Shown here: positions 50,471 through 60,082 of the stretch, piece by piece
How positions within the stretch are numbered: position 1 is the first letter of the stretch
Layout of the letters: every line of letters starts with the position of its first letter
Assembly (NCBI GenBank): GCA_029251005.1
Contig: JAQXEE010000157.1
Span: forward strand, 645-64,644
Direction of reading: 5' to 3'
DNA: 64,000 nucleotides
Source: Flavobacteriales bacterium
Lineage (GTDB): Bacteria; Bacteroidota; Bacteroidia; Flavobacteriales_C; GCA-002722245
Notes under the pieces: model-generated
What the model was told of the DNA's origin: nothing
Seen by the model: only the letters and a program-made list of their open reading frames with translations
Database searches by the model: none
Translations under genes and position numbers: made by a program

Positions 50471-50509
50471 AAAAAAGCTCCGTTACAATTAAGTAACGGA
50501 GCTTTTTTA
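50471..50509. terminator. Bidirectional intrinsic terminator (AGCTCCGTTAC/GTAACGGAGCT)
   Basis: Perfect 11-bp stem flanked by A6 and T6. Lies between the convergent ruvB(+) and the large T9SS gene(-). Confidence 0.75.
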
Positions 50510-50525
50510 TTTTGTAATTTGAGAT

Positions 50526-53500
50526 TTACCTCAGTAGTGTGACAATTCCAGTTCTTTCATAATTCTTATCCGAATATACTTTTTTGTAAATTATTTTATA
50601 AATATAAACGTCTATTTGTTGATCTTCATTATTAAGTGTCCCATCCCATCCTTCATAAATGTTATTTGTGTGGAAAATTTGACTTCCCCACCTGTTAAAT
50701 ATGAACATTTCAAAATCAGAAATAAGATGGCTCTCTGCTCTGAAAAAGTCATTTTTGAAATCACCATTAGGCGTAAATGAATTTGGTATATAAAGAGGGA
50801 AGATAACTTGGAGCTGAATTGTATCTTGTATAAAACAGTTATTTGTATCATAATACGAGACAAAATAAGTTATATCTTCATCAGGCGTAATTGTTGGAGA
50901 AGGACAGCTTTGACAGCTTAAGTAGTTGGTTGGATGCCATTGGTAATCAAACATCGTATTCAAGTTAACATTTATATTTTCACCATAATTTACAGTGTAA
51001 ATAGGGTCTAATGATTGATCCATTACCGGGAGTACTGATACGGTAATGGTATCGCTTACTGAGCAATTATTTTCATTAAGCTCAACTAAATAGGATTGTG
51101 TTACATCTGGATGAATTACTTGTTCGCCTATATTGGGGTTTTGAAATGTTATCGTGTCTATCCAATTGATATCGGCGGTTGATTCTACTGATAGGGAAAC
51201 TCTTTCACCTCTACAAACTGTTAAGTCAGGAGTAGTTTCGCTATTGATTGTAAAAGCATTAATTTTAAACGTATCGATTATTATTCCGCATAAGGTCGTG
51301 GTTTCTAAATAAATACTCTGATCTTCCTGAGTGGGGAAATTTACACTGTCCTCTGTGAAGAAAAAGGATTCAGAATTTACTGTTCTATAAGTGTTAACAT
51401 CAAAGCTTTCAAAAGGAAATATTGCCGTGTCCCCAGCGCAAGCATCTCCTGTATGCTCTGTTCCAAGAGGGTCAATTAGTAGGGGAATTGTGATTTCGTC
51501 AGTTATAACTCCACACCCTGCATCATAGTTTACATAGAAATAAGTTGAATTATCCACGGCTAATGATATACTATTTTGATTTCCCGGAATTGACCCATTT
51601 AAATTTCCCCATTCATATTTATTATTATCCGGTCCATCAACTGATAGGATAAGTGTTTTATTTTTACAATCGTAAGAATCTAATTTTATATTTAAATCAA
51701 CTCCTTGAGTAACTTCTATAGCTACTTGTGTTGTGTCAGAATAAGGACAATGACTAGGATCAAGTGCGACTAATTTTATTACAAATGTACCGGTATCTAA
51801 AAATTCAAATTGACCATCTTGGCTTTCAATTATTGAGCCGTCTGGATAAATCCACTCAAAGCTTTTACCTCCTGTACTTTTATTTTTAAGCATTACAATT
51901 GAATTCGAGCAATATATAGAGTCTTGGTTAAATTCTATTTGAGCAGTTAAAGTAGATGCGTCCATTTTAACAAGAGCTACATTACAAGATCCCGAATTGT
52001 TTTCTTCAGAATAGGCACCAGGAGATACTGGGAAAGATGACGAACCATCACACACAGCACATACAGATTGATAAATAGTACCGTTCTTATCAAATCGACT
52101 TGTACCACCATCTACGTGCTCAGCTAAAGTTAAGCCTCCTAAAAACGTGGAGTAATTTAAAGTTGAAAATTCTTGACCCAGCACCATTATATAAAAGTCA
52201 GATCCATCCGTGTTTTTTTGATATGCATCATCAGTAATAGGGAACCCATTTGTTCCTTGAATCATGTAGTCATTATATGCTCCGCCCCAGCCAGAAATAA
52301 AAATTTCTTTACAATCACTTACCAGAAGGGCTGTTGGGACAAGTTCTGTGGCTTCGGATCCATTACCTATTACAGTAGACAATTCTAAGCTAGATAAGTT
52401 CGAGTTGTATTTATGAATAAATTGTTTACTTCCAGCGTTGTTATAAACACCATCCGAAACAGGCATATTCCCTTCAGATTGACCAAAACAATAAACTTTA
52501 TCATCTGAATCAACATCTACAAGATAATTTTGATCATAGTCAGAAGTTCCTATATAAGAGACATTCTTTAAAGTACTACCATTGGATGATATTTTTGCTA
52601 AAAATCCATCAACGGAACCTTTATAACTTCCACCAAAACTTCCACCGGTTTTTTTAAGGTTTGAACTTGTAGTACCTCCCGAAATATAAAGATCACCCTG
52701 AGAATTTTCTTTAATAGAATAGCACCCATCATCTCCAGACCCTCCAAAATAACTTCCCCATTGTAATTCGGACAAATTACTATTAAAGCGCATAACACAA
52801 CCATCTTGTATTCCCCCGCCATATGTATTTTGAAACCCAAGTTTTGTTGGTAAATCAGACGAATGAGTTACTGAAGACAAAATAATATTATCTGCGCCAT
52901 CAACAATAACCTCCCCTCTATTGCCATCTCCATAGTTTCGAAACAAGCCTAAAACTTGATTTCCATCATTTATTCCATCATTTTTACTTCCTCCAAAATA
53001 TGTACTACCCAATAATTGAGAGAAATTATCATTTAGTTTAGTTAAAACGATATCAGAACCGTTAAAGAAGTCTAAATAACCTGCTGGTGTATGTTCTCCT
53101 CCATTAAATGTTTTATCAAATGAATTGGAAAGAGTAGGATAGTCGGTAGATCCAGAAGCACCATATATAATAAGCTCTCTTTTACTGTTTACAATCATAC
53201 TATGTGGAGCTTCTGTTCCATTTCCCCCAATGTAAGTTGAGGCAACTAAATTTTTTCCGTTAGGACTAAATTTGGAAATTGTCATATCAACATCTCCCCC
53301 TGCCATTGAACTACTAAAGGCTCCTGTAGTTGTTGGATAACCAAAGCCAAATGCGACACCTCCAGCATATGCGTATCCTAAGTCATCATATGTAGCAGAA
53401 AACCCCCAGTTATCAGATAAGGATCCACTAAATGTTGAGAAGTTTAGTTGTGGGTCTATTACAAGGATGGTCGACGTATCATAGTCCTCAGTTTTTATTC

Positions 53501-54179
53501 CAAAAGTATTTTGATTTATTTTTTTGAATAGTGTTTTTAATTGTACTCCGTCTTCCTGGTAAGAATATGGAGCAGAGTCATTAATATTTCCTACACTAGT
53601 AACAAGTGTAATTTTGTTTTTTAAATGGTGAATAGCTTCAAGGCCTTTGTATTCAATTTGGATTTGGTTTGGATCCCCTCCCGGCTTAACAATGAAATCG
53701 TATTTTATTGAATTGTCAACAAACGAAATTCTTAAATCGATTTTATCGTAGATATTTGGTATAGTTGTTATTTGAATAGGAGTTAGGTTGCTTATCCATT
53801 TGGATTCGTCATTTCCAAGAAATGAACTGATTTTATGAGTGAGGTTTGTTTCTTCAGTTCCAAAACTTAATGCATTAGAATTTTTAAAGTTGATTGAGAA
53901 CGTATGACCATCGACAATATCACTTTTTCTTAAGTGATCGCCAAATTTATGATCATGCTCTTCATTATTGTGGTTTAAAAGCTCATTTAATTGTTGAGGA
54001 TTTGCAACTGTTATTTTGAATCCAGTCTTTTCAATAAAAAATACACCATAATTTAATTTAGCTTGATATAAAACTTGTAGAGGGAATTGACCTTTATTTT
54101 TAATTAAATAACCGCCAGCACCCGAACTTATTAAAGGAATTAATAGGCCTATGAATACAAATGAAATTAGTTTCCGCAT
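50526..54179 (-). CDS. Large (1217 aa) secreted T9SS cargo protein: SBBP-type beta-propeller repeats, Ig/PKD-like domains, type-B (gliding-motility-associated) C-terminal domain
   Basis: Signal peptide. Repeated YFGGSGDDG / YIGTSDYDQ motifs. C-terminal IPNSFTPNGDFKNDFF is the type-B CTD hallmark. Confidence 0.75.
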   Translation of the reverse strand: MRKLISFVFIGLLIPLISSGAGGYLIKNKGQFPLQVLYQAKLNYGVFFIEKTGFKITVANPQQLNELLNHNNEEHDHKFGDHLRKSDIVDGHTFSINFKNSNALSFGTEETNLTHKISSFLGNDESKWISNLTPIQITTIPNIYDKIDLRISFVDNSIKYDFIVKPGGDPNQIQIEYKGLEAIHHLKNKITLVTSVGNINDSAPYSYQEDGVQLKTLFKKINQNTFGIKTEDYDTSTILVIDPQLNFSTFSGSLSDNWGFSATYDDLGYAYAGGVAFGFGYPTTTGAFSSSMAGGDVDMTISKFSPNGKNLVASTYIGGNGTEAPHSMIVNSKRELIIYGASGSTDYPTLSNSFDKTFNGGEHTPAGYLDFFNGSDIVLTKLNDNFSQLLGSTYFGGSKNDGINDGNQVLGLFRNYGDGNRGEVIVDGADNIILSSVTHSSDLPTKLGFQNTYGGGIQDGCVMRFNSNLSELQWGSYFGGSGDDGCYSIKENSQGDLYISGGTTSSNLKKTGGSFGGSYKGSVDGFLAKISSNGSTLKNVSYIGTSDYDQNYLVDVDSDDKVYCFGQSEGNMPVSDGVYNNAGSKQFIHKYNSNLSSLELSTVIGNGSEATELVPTALLVSDCKEIFISGWGGAYNDYMIQGTNGFPITDDAYQKNTDGSDFYIMVLGQEFSTLNYSTFLGGLTLAEHVDGGTSRFDKNGTIYQSVCAVCDGSSSFPVSPGAYSEENNSGSCNVALVKMDASTLTAQIEFNQDSIYCSNSIVMLKNKSTGGKSFEWIYPDGSIIESQDGQFEFLDTGTFVIKLVALDPSHCPYSDTTQVAIEVTQGVDLNIKLDSYDCKNKTLILSVDGPDNNKYEWGNLNGSIPGNQNSISLAVDNSTYFYVNYDAGCGVITDEITIPLLIDPLGTEHTGDACAGDTAIFPFESFDVNTYRTVNSESFFFTEDSVNFPTQEDQSIYLETTTLCGIIIDTFKINAFTINSETTPDLTVCRGERVSLSVESTADINWIDTITFQNPNIGEQVIHPDVTQSYLVELNENNCSVSDTITVSVLPVMDQSLDPIYTVNYGENINVNLNTMFDYQWHPTNYLSCQSCPSPTITPDEDITYFVSYYDTNNCFIQDTIQLQVIFPLYIPNSFTPNGDFKNDFFRAESHLISDFEMFIFNRWGSQIFHTNNIYEGWDGTLNNEDQQIDVYIYKIIYKKVYSDKNYERTGIVTLLR

Positions 54180-54377
54180 ATTAATCTTTTTAAGTTTATA
54201 TTAAGTTGACAAAAATTAAACCTAAGTCTTTACTCAACACTTTTTAGCTTAAAGTATTAACGAGTGTAAAGATAAAATAATATAGTTTTTTAAAAATAAA
54301 ATGCTGGTTAAGCATCTGTTAATAAGGTTAAAACGGTTATTAATGAGATTAAACAGGCTTTATTGATTTATTAAAAC

Positions 54378-54409
54378 CAAAAAGGGTGAGAATTTTCTCA
54401 CCCTTTTTG
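54378..54409. terminator. Intrinsic terminator (GGGTGAGAA/TTCTCACCC) after the DAHP synthase gene
   Basis: Perfect 9-bp stem, 3-nt loop, flanked by A- and T-runs. Confidence 0.7.
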
Positions 54410-54428
54410 GTTTTAAGATCAGCGGAAA

Positions 54429-55553
54429 TTACTTTCCAACTAATTCTGGTTGTCCATCATTCATAATAAGATTTTGACGACGGATAGATTCTTTATGTAT
54501 TAATTTTAAGTAATGCTTAACAAAATCAGCATCAAGTCCCATAGCAACACCTAGAGCAATTCTTTTGTTAACGATTTCTTCCCATCTGTCAACCTGCAAA
54601 ATTGTAACACTATTGTCTCTCTTGTACTCACCAATTTGATCAGCAACTTTCATTCTTGATGAAATTTTTTGGAAAATTTCATCATCTAAATCATCAATTT
54701 CTTTTCTTAAAGAGTCTAATTTATTAGTGTCGGCAGCTTCAGAAGTTTCTTGTCTGAAAGTTAAACCGTCTAATAATTGAGTCAACCCAGCTGGAGTAAC
54801 TTGCTGTGCAGCATCAGACCATGCAACAGAAGGAGTCATATGCGACTCAATCATTAATCCTTCCATGTTTAAATCTAACGCTTTTTGACAAACGTAAGGC
54901 AGTAAGTCACGGTTACCGGCGATGTGTGACGGATCGTTCACGATATCTAAATCAGGGAACTTTCGCATCATTTCAATTGCCATATCCCACATTGGTAGGT
55001 TACGGAATGGAGTTTTCTCATATGTAGAGAAACCTCTATGAATTGCAGCTAACCTTGTAATACCTGCTTTGTTAATTCTTTCTAAACCACCTTGCCATAA
55101 TCCTAAATCTGGGTTAATTGGGTTTTTAACCATTACTGGAATGTCAACACCCTGTAAAGCGTCAGCAACTTCCTGAACAGAGAAAGGGTTTACTGTAGTA
55201 CGAGCACCAACCCATAAAATGTCAATTCCTGCTTTTAAACAAGCTTCAACGTGAGCACCAGTTGCAACTTCAGTTGCTGTTAGTAAGCCAGTTTCAGCTT
55301 TAGCTTTGTTTAACCACTCTAAACCTATTTCACCAATACCTTCAAAACTTCCTGGTCTAGTTCTTGGTTTCCAAATACCAGCTCTTAAAACATTTACTCT
55401 TTTATCCTTAGCCACGTCTTTAGCAGTAGTTAATACTTGCTCTTCAGTTTCAGCACTACAAGGACCGCTTATTATCATTGGTTGCTCTAAACCTAATCCC
55501 CAATCTTTAATTCTTTTTAAATCTAAACTCATAACTTTTAATTTTATGCTCAA
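54429..55553 (-). CDS. Bifunctional 3-deoxy-7-phosphoheptulonate (DAHP) synthase / chorismate mutase
   Basis: N-terminal DAHP-synthase-I/KDO8PS-like TIM barrel (GPCSAE, VLRAGIWKPRT, NDPSH). C-terminal chorismate mutase type II helix bundle (LRKEIDDLDDEIFQKISSRMKVADQIGEYK). Confidence 0.85.
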   Translation of the reverse strand: MSIKLKVMSLDLKRIKDWGLGLEQPMIISGPCSAETEEQVLTTAKDVAKDKRVNVLRAGIWKPRTRPGSFEGIGEIGLEWLNKAKAETGLLTATEVATGAHVEACLKAGIDILWVGARTTVNPFSVQEVADALQGVDIPVMVKNPINPDLGLWQGGLERINKAGITRLAAIHRGFSTYEKTPFRNLPMWDMAIEMMRKFPDLDIVNDPSHIAGNRDLLPYVCQKALDLNMEGLMIESHMTPSVAWSDAAQQVTPAGLTQLLDGLTFRQETSEAADTNKLDSLRKEIDDLDDEIFQKISSRMKVADQIGEYKRDNSVTILQVDRWEEIVNKRIALGVAMGLDADFVKHYLKLIHKESIRRQNLIMNDGQPELVGK

Positions 55554-55865
55554 GGAAAACTTGGTTGTTAATTAGAATAATCAATCTTTTAAAATTAAAG
55601 AGTCGATATTTAACTTCTATGCTTGGTAAAGTATTCTGACGTTATCAGCAACACTCAAATCAACTTTTCATTTGTGCGACTGCAAAGATAGGTGAGTTCA
55701 TTGTCGAATCCAAATAAAATTTGCTTATTCACATTTTATCCCGACTCAAACAAAATTAAATTTTGTTTACTTTTTTTATGTTGCTTGAAATGTTAATAAA
55801 TGCTTGTATTTCCAACATTTATTCGCTAATCATTAAAAATTCGGAATAACATTTTTTGAGTAAAT

Positions 55866-56996
55866 CTAGTTGTTTGCCAACCAAGCTTTGCTGTTATGAG
55901 AAAGCTTTGCCTTAGCAAGAGCTTTTAAGGCAACAACCTTATTATTGTAAGAGCCGTAGGAAACACGATGTAGACCTGAATTAGAAGAACCTGCTAATTG
56001 CGCATCGGGAAATCCTGCTTTTCGTAAGCTTAACACCATTTTGTCAGCATTACTCTCAACACCAAAACAACCAGCAATTACATGATATTTGAAAGAAGTA
56101 GTTGCTTTTTTTATTGGTTGAAGACTAAGGGTTTTAATTGATTTTCCCTTTTTTGTTTTGATAGGAAATTTAGCAAATATTTTGGCTTTTTCTTTTTGTT
56201 CCTCCTGTAATATTTTGATTTGATTTAAATCTTCTTGTTGGTCTAGCAGTCCACGTTCAGTGAATAACTGTTTTTCCTGCTCATCAAAAAAAGTAATTTC
56301 TTTAACAACCACGGTTTTCTCTTCATCAGCTTTTGATTTGCCAGCCGTGAATCTCGCTTGAGGCTCGATTTTTTCAGAAAATAATCCATTCAAAAAATTT
56401 AAATCTAAATGATTGCGGATTGCATCGTTATTCGTAGAAACCGATAAAAATAAGAAAGCACCAATTGAAGCAGCAGCTACAGCAGTAATTGTTCTTTTTA
56501 AGGTCTTATATGTTTTGGGAGTTGCTTTTTTCTGATTTAAACCACGCTCTATTCTATGGGCTAAGCCAACGCGCTCAATAGGTGTAGCATGAACATTGGT
56601 TAAACCGAAAGAAGTGTTCGCAAAATTTGATTCGTTAAATTGATCAAAAATTAAATTTCCTTCCTTGTTCAGAACAAAAGACCCAATTCCTTCTAATTCA
56701 AGGTAATTTGATTTTTCAAGTTCTTTTTGCCAAAATGATACTTTAACCTCAATTGCTCTAAGGGCTTCATTATAGGTCATTCCACATTTAGCAGCTACAT
56801 TTTTTGCAAGTAAGCCATCGTTTTTTGAAAGCTTAATATTAAAAGAAATTCCTTTCCCCGGAGGAATAAGAATGTTTTTAGAAGGTTCGAGTATAGCAGG
56901 ACGATAATGTGTCACAAAACCACCAAACTGCGGAATGACAACACAATCCTCTTCAAGGAGTAATTCTTTTGCTATTTTTTCTACTCTAATATTCAT
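55866..56996 (-). CDS. HU-CCDC81-like N-terminal domain protein with a C-terminal SPOR (peptidoglycan-binding) domain
   Basis: N-terminus CVVIPQFGGFVTHYRPA. One TM. C-terminus YHVIAGCFGVESNADKMVLSLRKAGF...YGSYNNKVVALKAL is SPOR-like. Confidence 0.5.
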   Translation of the reverse strand: MNIRVEKIAKELLLEEDCVVIPQFGGFVTHYRPAILEPSKNILIPPGKGISFNIKLSKNDGLLAKNVAAKCGMTYNEALRAIEVKVSFWQKELEKSNYLELEGIGSFVLNKEGNLIFDQFNESNFANTSFGLTNVHATPIERVGLAHRIERGLNQKKATPKTYKTLKRTITAVAAASIGAFLFLSVSTNNDAIRNHLDLNFLNGLFSEKIEPQARFTAGKSKADEEKTVVVKEITFFDEQEKQLFTERGLLDQQEDLNQIKILQEEQKEKAKIFAKFPIKTKKGKSIKTLSLQPIKKATTSFKYHVIAGCFGVESNADKMVLSLRKAGFPDAQLAGSSNSGLHRVSYGSYNNKVVALKALAKAKLSHNSKAWLANN

Positions 56997-57207
56997 TTGT
57001 TATGATACCTATCAAAGGTATAAATTAAACCTTTATTATTCATCTTCAATGTACGTCATTTTTTAATTGAAATGCAATAGGTTTACCAACAGTTTATTAA
57101 CACTTAATTCATCAATTTACTTAACATGAAAAACTGAGTTGCTAATAATATTCTAATTCTCTCAATGTATGTTTAACTAGTATGATTAACTTTACGTTTA
57201 ATTAATT

Positions 57208-58995
57208 ATGTTTCAATTAGCCGATTATATAAGTGAGACTTGGGTACAGGTCTATGTTATAGGAGTAGTTTCACTCACTGTTATCTTTTTGTATAAGGAA
57301 ATATATAACACTGCAATTACTTTTTTGGGAGCAGTAGGACTTTTATTAATTCCAAGTATTGTTAAAACGGATGATGTACTTTCTTCGTTTGCAAACGAGC
57401 AAGTTGCAGTAATTATTATGTTGTTAGTGATTGGGCAGTTTCTAAAAAGGAGTCCTGTTATCGAGCAACTCTTTCAAAAGCTTTTTTTGAAAACAAAAGG
57501 TTATTTCGCTTTTACTTTCAAAATGACAGGGTTTGTTTCGATGTTTTCAGGGTTTATGAATAATACACCTTTAGTAGCTTTACTACTTCCATACGTTGTG
57601 GATTGGGGAAGAAAAAACAAAGTTGCCCCTTCAAAATTGCTAATACCTTTATCCTTTGCGGCAATAATGGGTGGCGGATTAACCCTAATTGGTACTTCAA
57701 CGAACCTTATTGCCAATAGTATTTTAGTTTCAAAAGATTATCCAGCATTATCAATGTTTTCTTTCTTCTTAATTGGAGCTCCACTAGTTGTTGTAGGAAT
57801 TGGTTATATATTGATTTTTGGAAAGAGAATTCTTCCTGATAATGTAGGAATGCTTTCTAATTTTGATGAAAATAATAGAGAATATTTAGTTGATTTGTTG
57901 GTCTCTAAAGGTTCACCTTTAGTTGGAAAAACGATTGGAGAATCAAATTTAAGAAATTTAAACGATCTGTACCTTGTAGAAATAGTACGTCCTGATAAAG
58001 TTCGAACAGCTCCAGGTCCTAAAGAAATAATGAGAGCTGGTGATTATTTAATTTTTGCCGGTGAAACAGAAAAAATTGTTGACATTGTGAATATGGATCT
58101 TGGTTTAGAAATGCCAAATGAAGTTGGAGCAATGAAAAAAAAGAAGGAAGTAGTAGAGGTTATTATACCCTACAACTCATCTCTTTCTAGAAAAAAAATA
58201 AAGGACTCCGATTTTAGGTCTAGATTTGATGCAGCTATTATTGCCGTAAGAAGGGATGGTGAAAAACTATTTGGTAAAATAGGAGAAATTACGCTTCAAA
58301 AAGGAGATATGATGCTTTGTGTTGTTGGACATGATTTTTACAAAAGAATAAGGAGAGCAAAAGAGTTAACGCTTATTTCAAATGTTCGTCAGTTGCAGGA
58401 TATTGATGGTAAAAAATCTACATCATTAATTATAGCTTCCATTATTTCGATATTACTACCAGCCCTTGGTTTAGTCTCCTTATTTCAATCATTGTTGATT
58501 TTATTCGTTTATCTCTTGTTAAGTAAAGTTGTTTTGTTTGGAGAACTTAAACGCGCAATAAATATTAATTTAATTGCAATAATGGGAGGTGCTTTGACTA
58601 TTGGCGTAGCTATGGATAATAGTGGAACTGCTAAGTTAATAGCGAGCGAGGGTTTATCTATACTTAAGCCACTTGGGCCAGTGGGAATATTAGCAGGGGT
58701 TTATTTAATTACTAACCTCTTAGCAGCATATATGACAAATATTGCTGCAGTTTCTATCATAATGCCAATTGCATTGAGTTTTGCAAATGTTCACAACTTT
58801 GATGTCATGCCTTTTGTTTTTTGTGTAGCTTTTGCAGGATCTAAGACTTTTTTAACGCCAATTGGTTACCAAACTAATTTGATGGTTTACGGACCAGGAG
58901 GTTATAATTTCAAAGATTATTTTAAGTTTGGATTTCCATTGACAGTTATTTTTATGATCACAACTCTTGGGCTCTTAAAGCTCATTTACTTTTAA
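57208..58995 (+). CDS. SLC13/DASS-family anion permease with two central TrkA-C regulatory domains
   Basis: About 12 TM helices, split by two TrkA_C-like segments (VDLLVSKGSPLVGKTIGESNLR..., EVIIPYNSSLSRKKIKDSDF...). Confidence 0.75.
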   Translation: MFQLADYISETWVQVYVIGVVSLTVIFLYKEIYNTAITFLGAVGLLLIPSIVKTDDVLSSFANEQVAVIIMLLVIGQFLKRSPVIEQLFQKLFLKTKGYFAFTFKMTGFVSMFSGFMNNTPLVALLLPYVVDWGRKNKVAPSKLLIPLSFAAIMGGGLTLIGTSTNLIANSILVSKDYPALSMFSFFLIGAPLVVVGIGYILIFGKRILPDNVGMLSNFDENNREYLVDLLVSKGSPLVGKTIGESNLRNLNDLYLVEIVRPDKVRTAPGPKEIMRAGDYLIFAGETEKIVDIVNMDLGLEMPNEVGAMKKKKEVVEVIIPYNSSLSRKKIKDSDFRSRFDAAIIAVRRDGEKLFGKIGEITLQKGDMMLCVVGHDFYKRIRRAKELTLISNVRQLQDIDGKKSTSLIIASIISILLPALGLVSLFQSLLILFVYLLLSKVVLFGELKRAININLIAIMGGALTIGVAMDNSGTAKLIASEGLSILKPLGPVGILAGVYLITNLLAAYMTNIAAVSIIMPIALSFANVHNFDVMPFVFCVAFAGSKTFLTPIGYQTNLMVYGPGGYNFKDYFKFGFPLTVIFMITTLGLLKLIYF

Positions 58996-59417
58996 GAGGA
59001 ACAAGCCAAATTGATTTAAAATTTTTCGACTTTCACTTTTTATTTCAATCAAGCGCTTTAAATTTAAGTCTTCGGAAAAATTGTGTTTCATACAACTTAG
59101 CTTAGTCATCTAGCAAAACCCTTGAGGGATCCAGATGTCTATTTATACTGTATTCAAAATTAAAGTTGATGTTCATCCTTCTTTTTAAAAAGTATTATGA
59201 TTTAATAATCGATGCTTTATTTAATTTTTTTGAGTAAAGCGTAAGGATTAATGAAACAAAAAAAACCTCATCACAACATGTAGCCTATTCTACATGTGCT
59301 TATTCTTTTGGATTTGTGTTATAAATCGCTAAAAACCGCAAAAGAATTTTAACTTTTAAGTTCAGTGAAAAATTGATGTGATTCTTAGGTTGTTTTTTAA
59401 AAAAAATCAAGTGAGTC

Positions 59418-59777
59418 CTAGCAGACTTTTAAAACATCACTTGGTGTTATACAAAAGACCACCTTGTCTTTAAAAAGAGCAATTGGGCTTTTGAGTAATT
59501 CTGGATTATTCATAATCATATAGTATGCAGAATCAATATCTGGATCTCTACCTTTAATATTTTCTTGATAATAAGGACTTGATTTGTCCATAATATCTTT
59601 GGCTTTTAATTGTAGCTTTTGAATTGCTAACCTAAATAAAGTATTCGATAGCCTAACTTCATTTATATCCTGACGGTTAATATTAGAGGAAATTCCTTGG
59701 GCAATAGCTAGAGTTTTTTTGTCAATAATTTTTTTACCATTGTAGATCAGTGTTAATTCAGATTTTTCGTAGTGCAT
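59418..59777 (-). CDS. ArsC/Spx-family-like thioredoxin-fold protein lacking the N-terminal CxxC motif
   Basis: 119 aa. Fold-level resemblance (LTLIYNGKK..., ...PELLKSPIAL) only. Low confidence. Confidence 0.3.
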   Translation of the reverse strand: MHYEKSELTLIYNGKKIIDKKTLAIAQGISSNINRQDINEVRLSNTLFRLAIQKLQLKAKDIMDKSSPYYQENIKGRDPDIDSAYYMIMNNPELLKSPIALFKDKVVFCITPSDVLKVC

Positions 59778-60082
59778 AAGTTATTTGTTTTAAGGGGTTT
59801 ACTACCTCTACGGTTGTTTCTAGATAATGTTTAGAAAGGTTTAAGATTCGTGGTTTGAAGTAGCTTTAGAAAAGGCTACAAAAAATTCCAAAAATCGTTT
59901 TCTTGGACCTGTCTATTTATCAAGGTTTAGAAACAAATACTGAATGGTCCTGAGTTTTACTCATGTATGTATTCATTCGTTCAATTAGTAAGATTCCTAA
60001 AAATTTGGTGAGGTTTTTATATTGAAACTTTGCCAAAATCTAAACAGTATAAAATTAAGACAATCTAAACAGGAAATTAATT

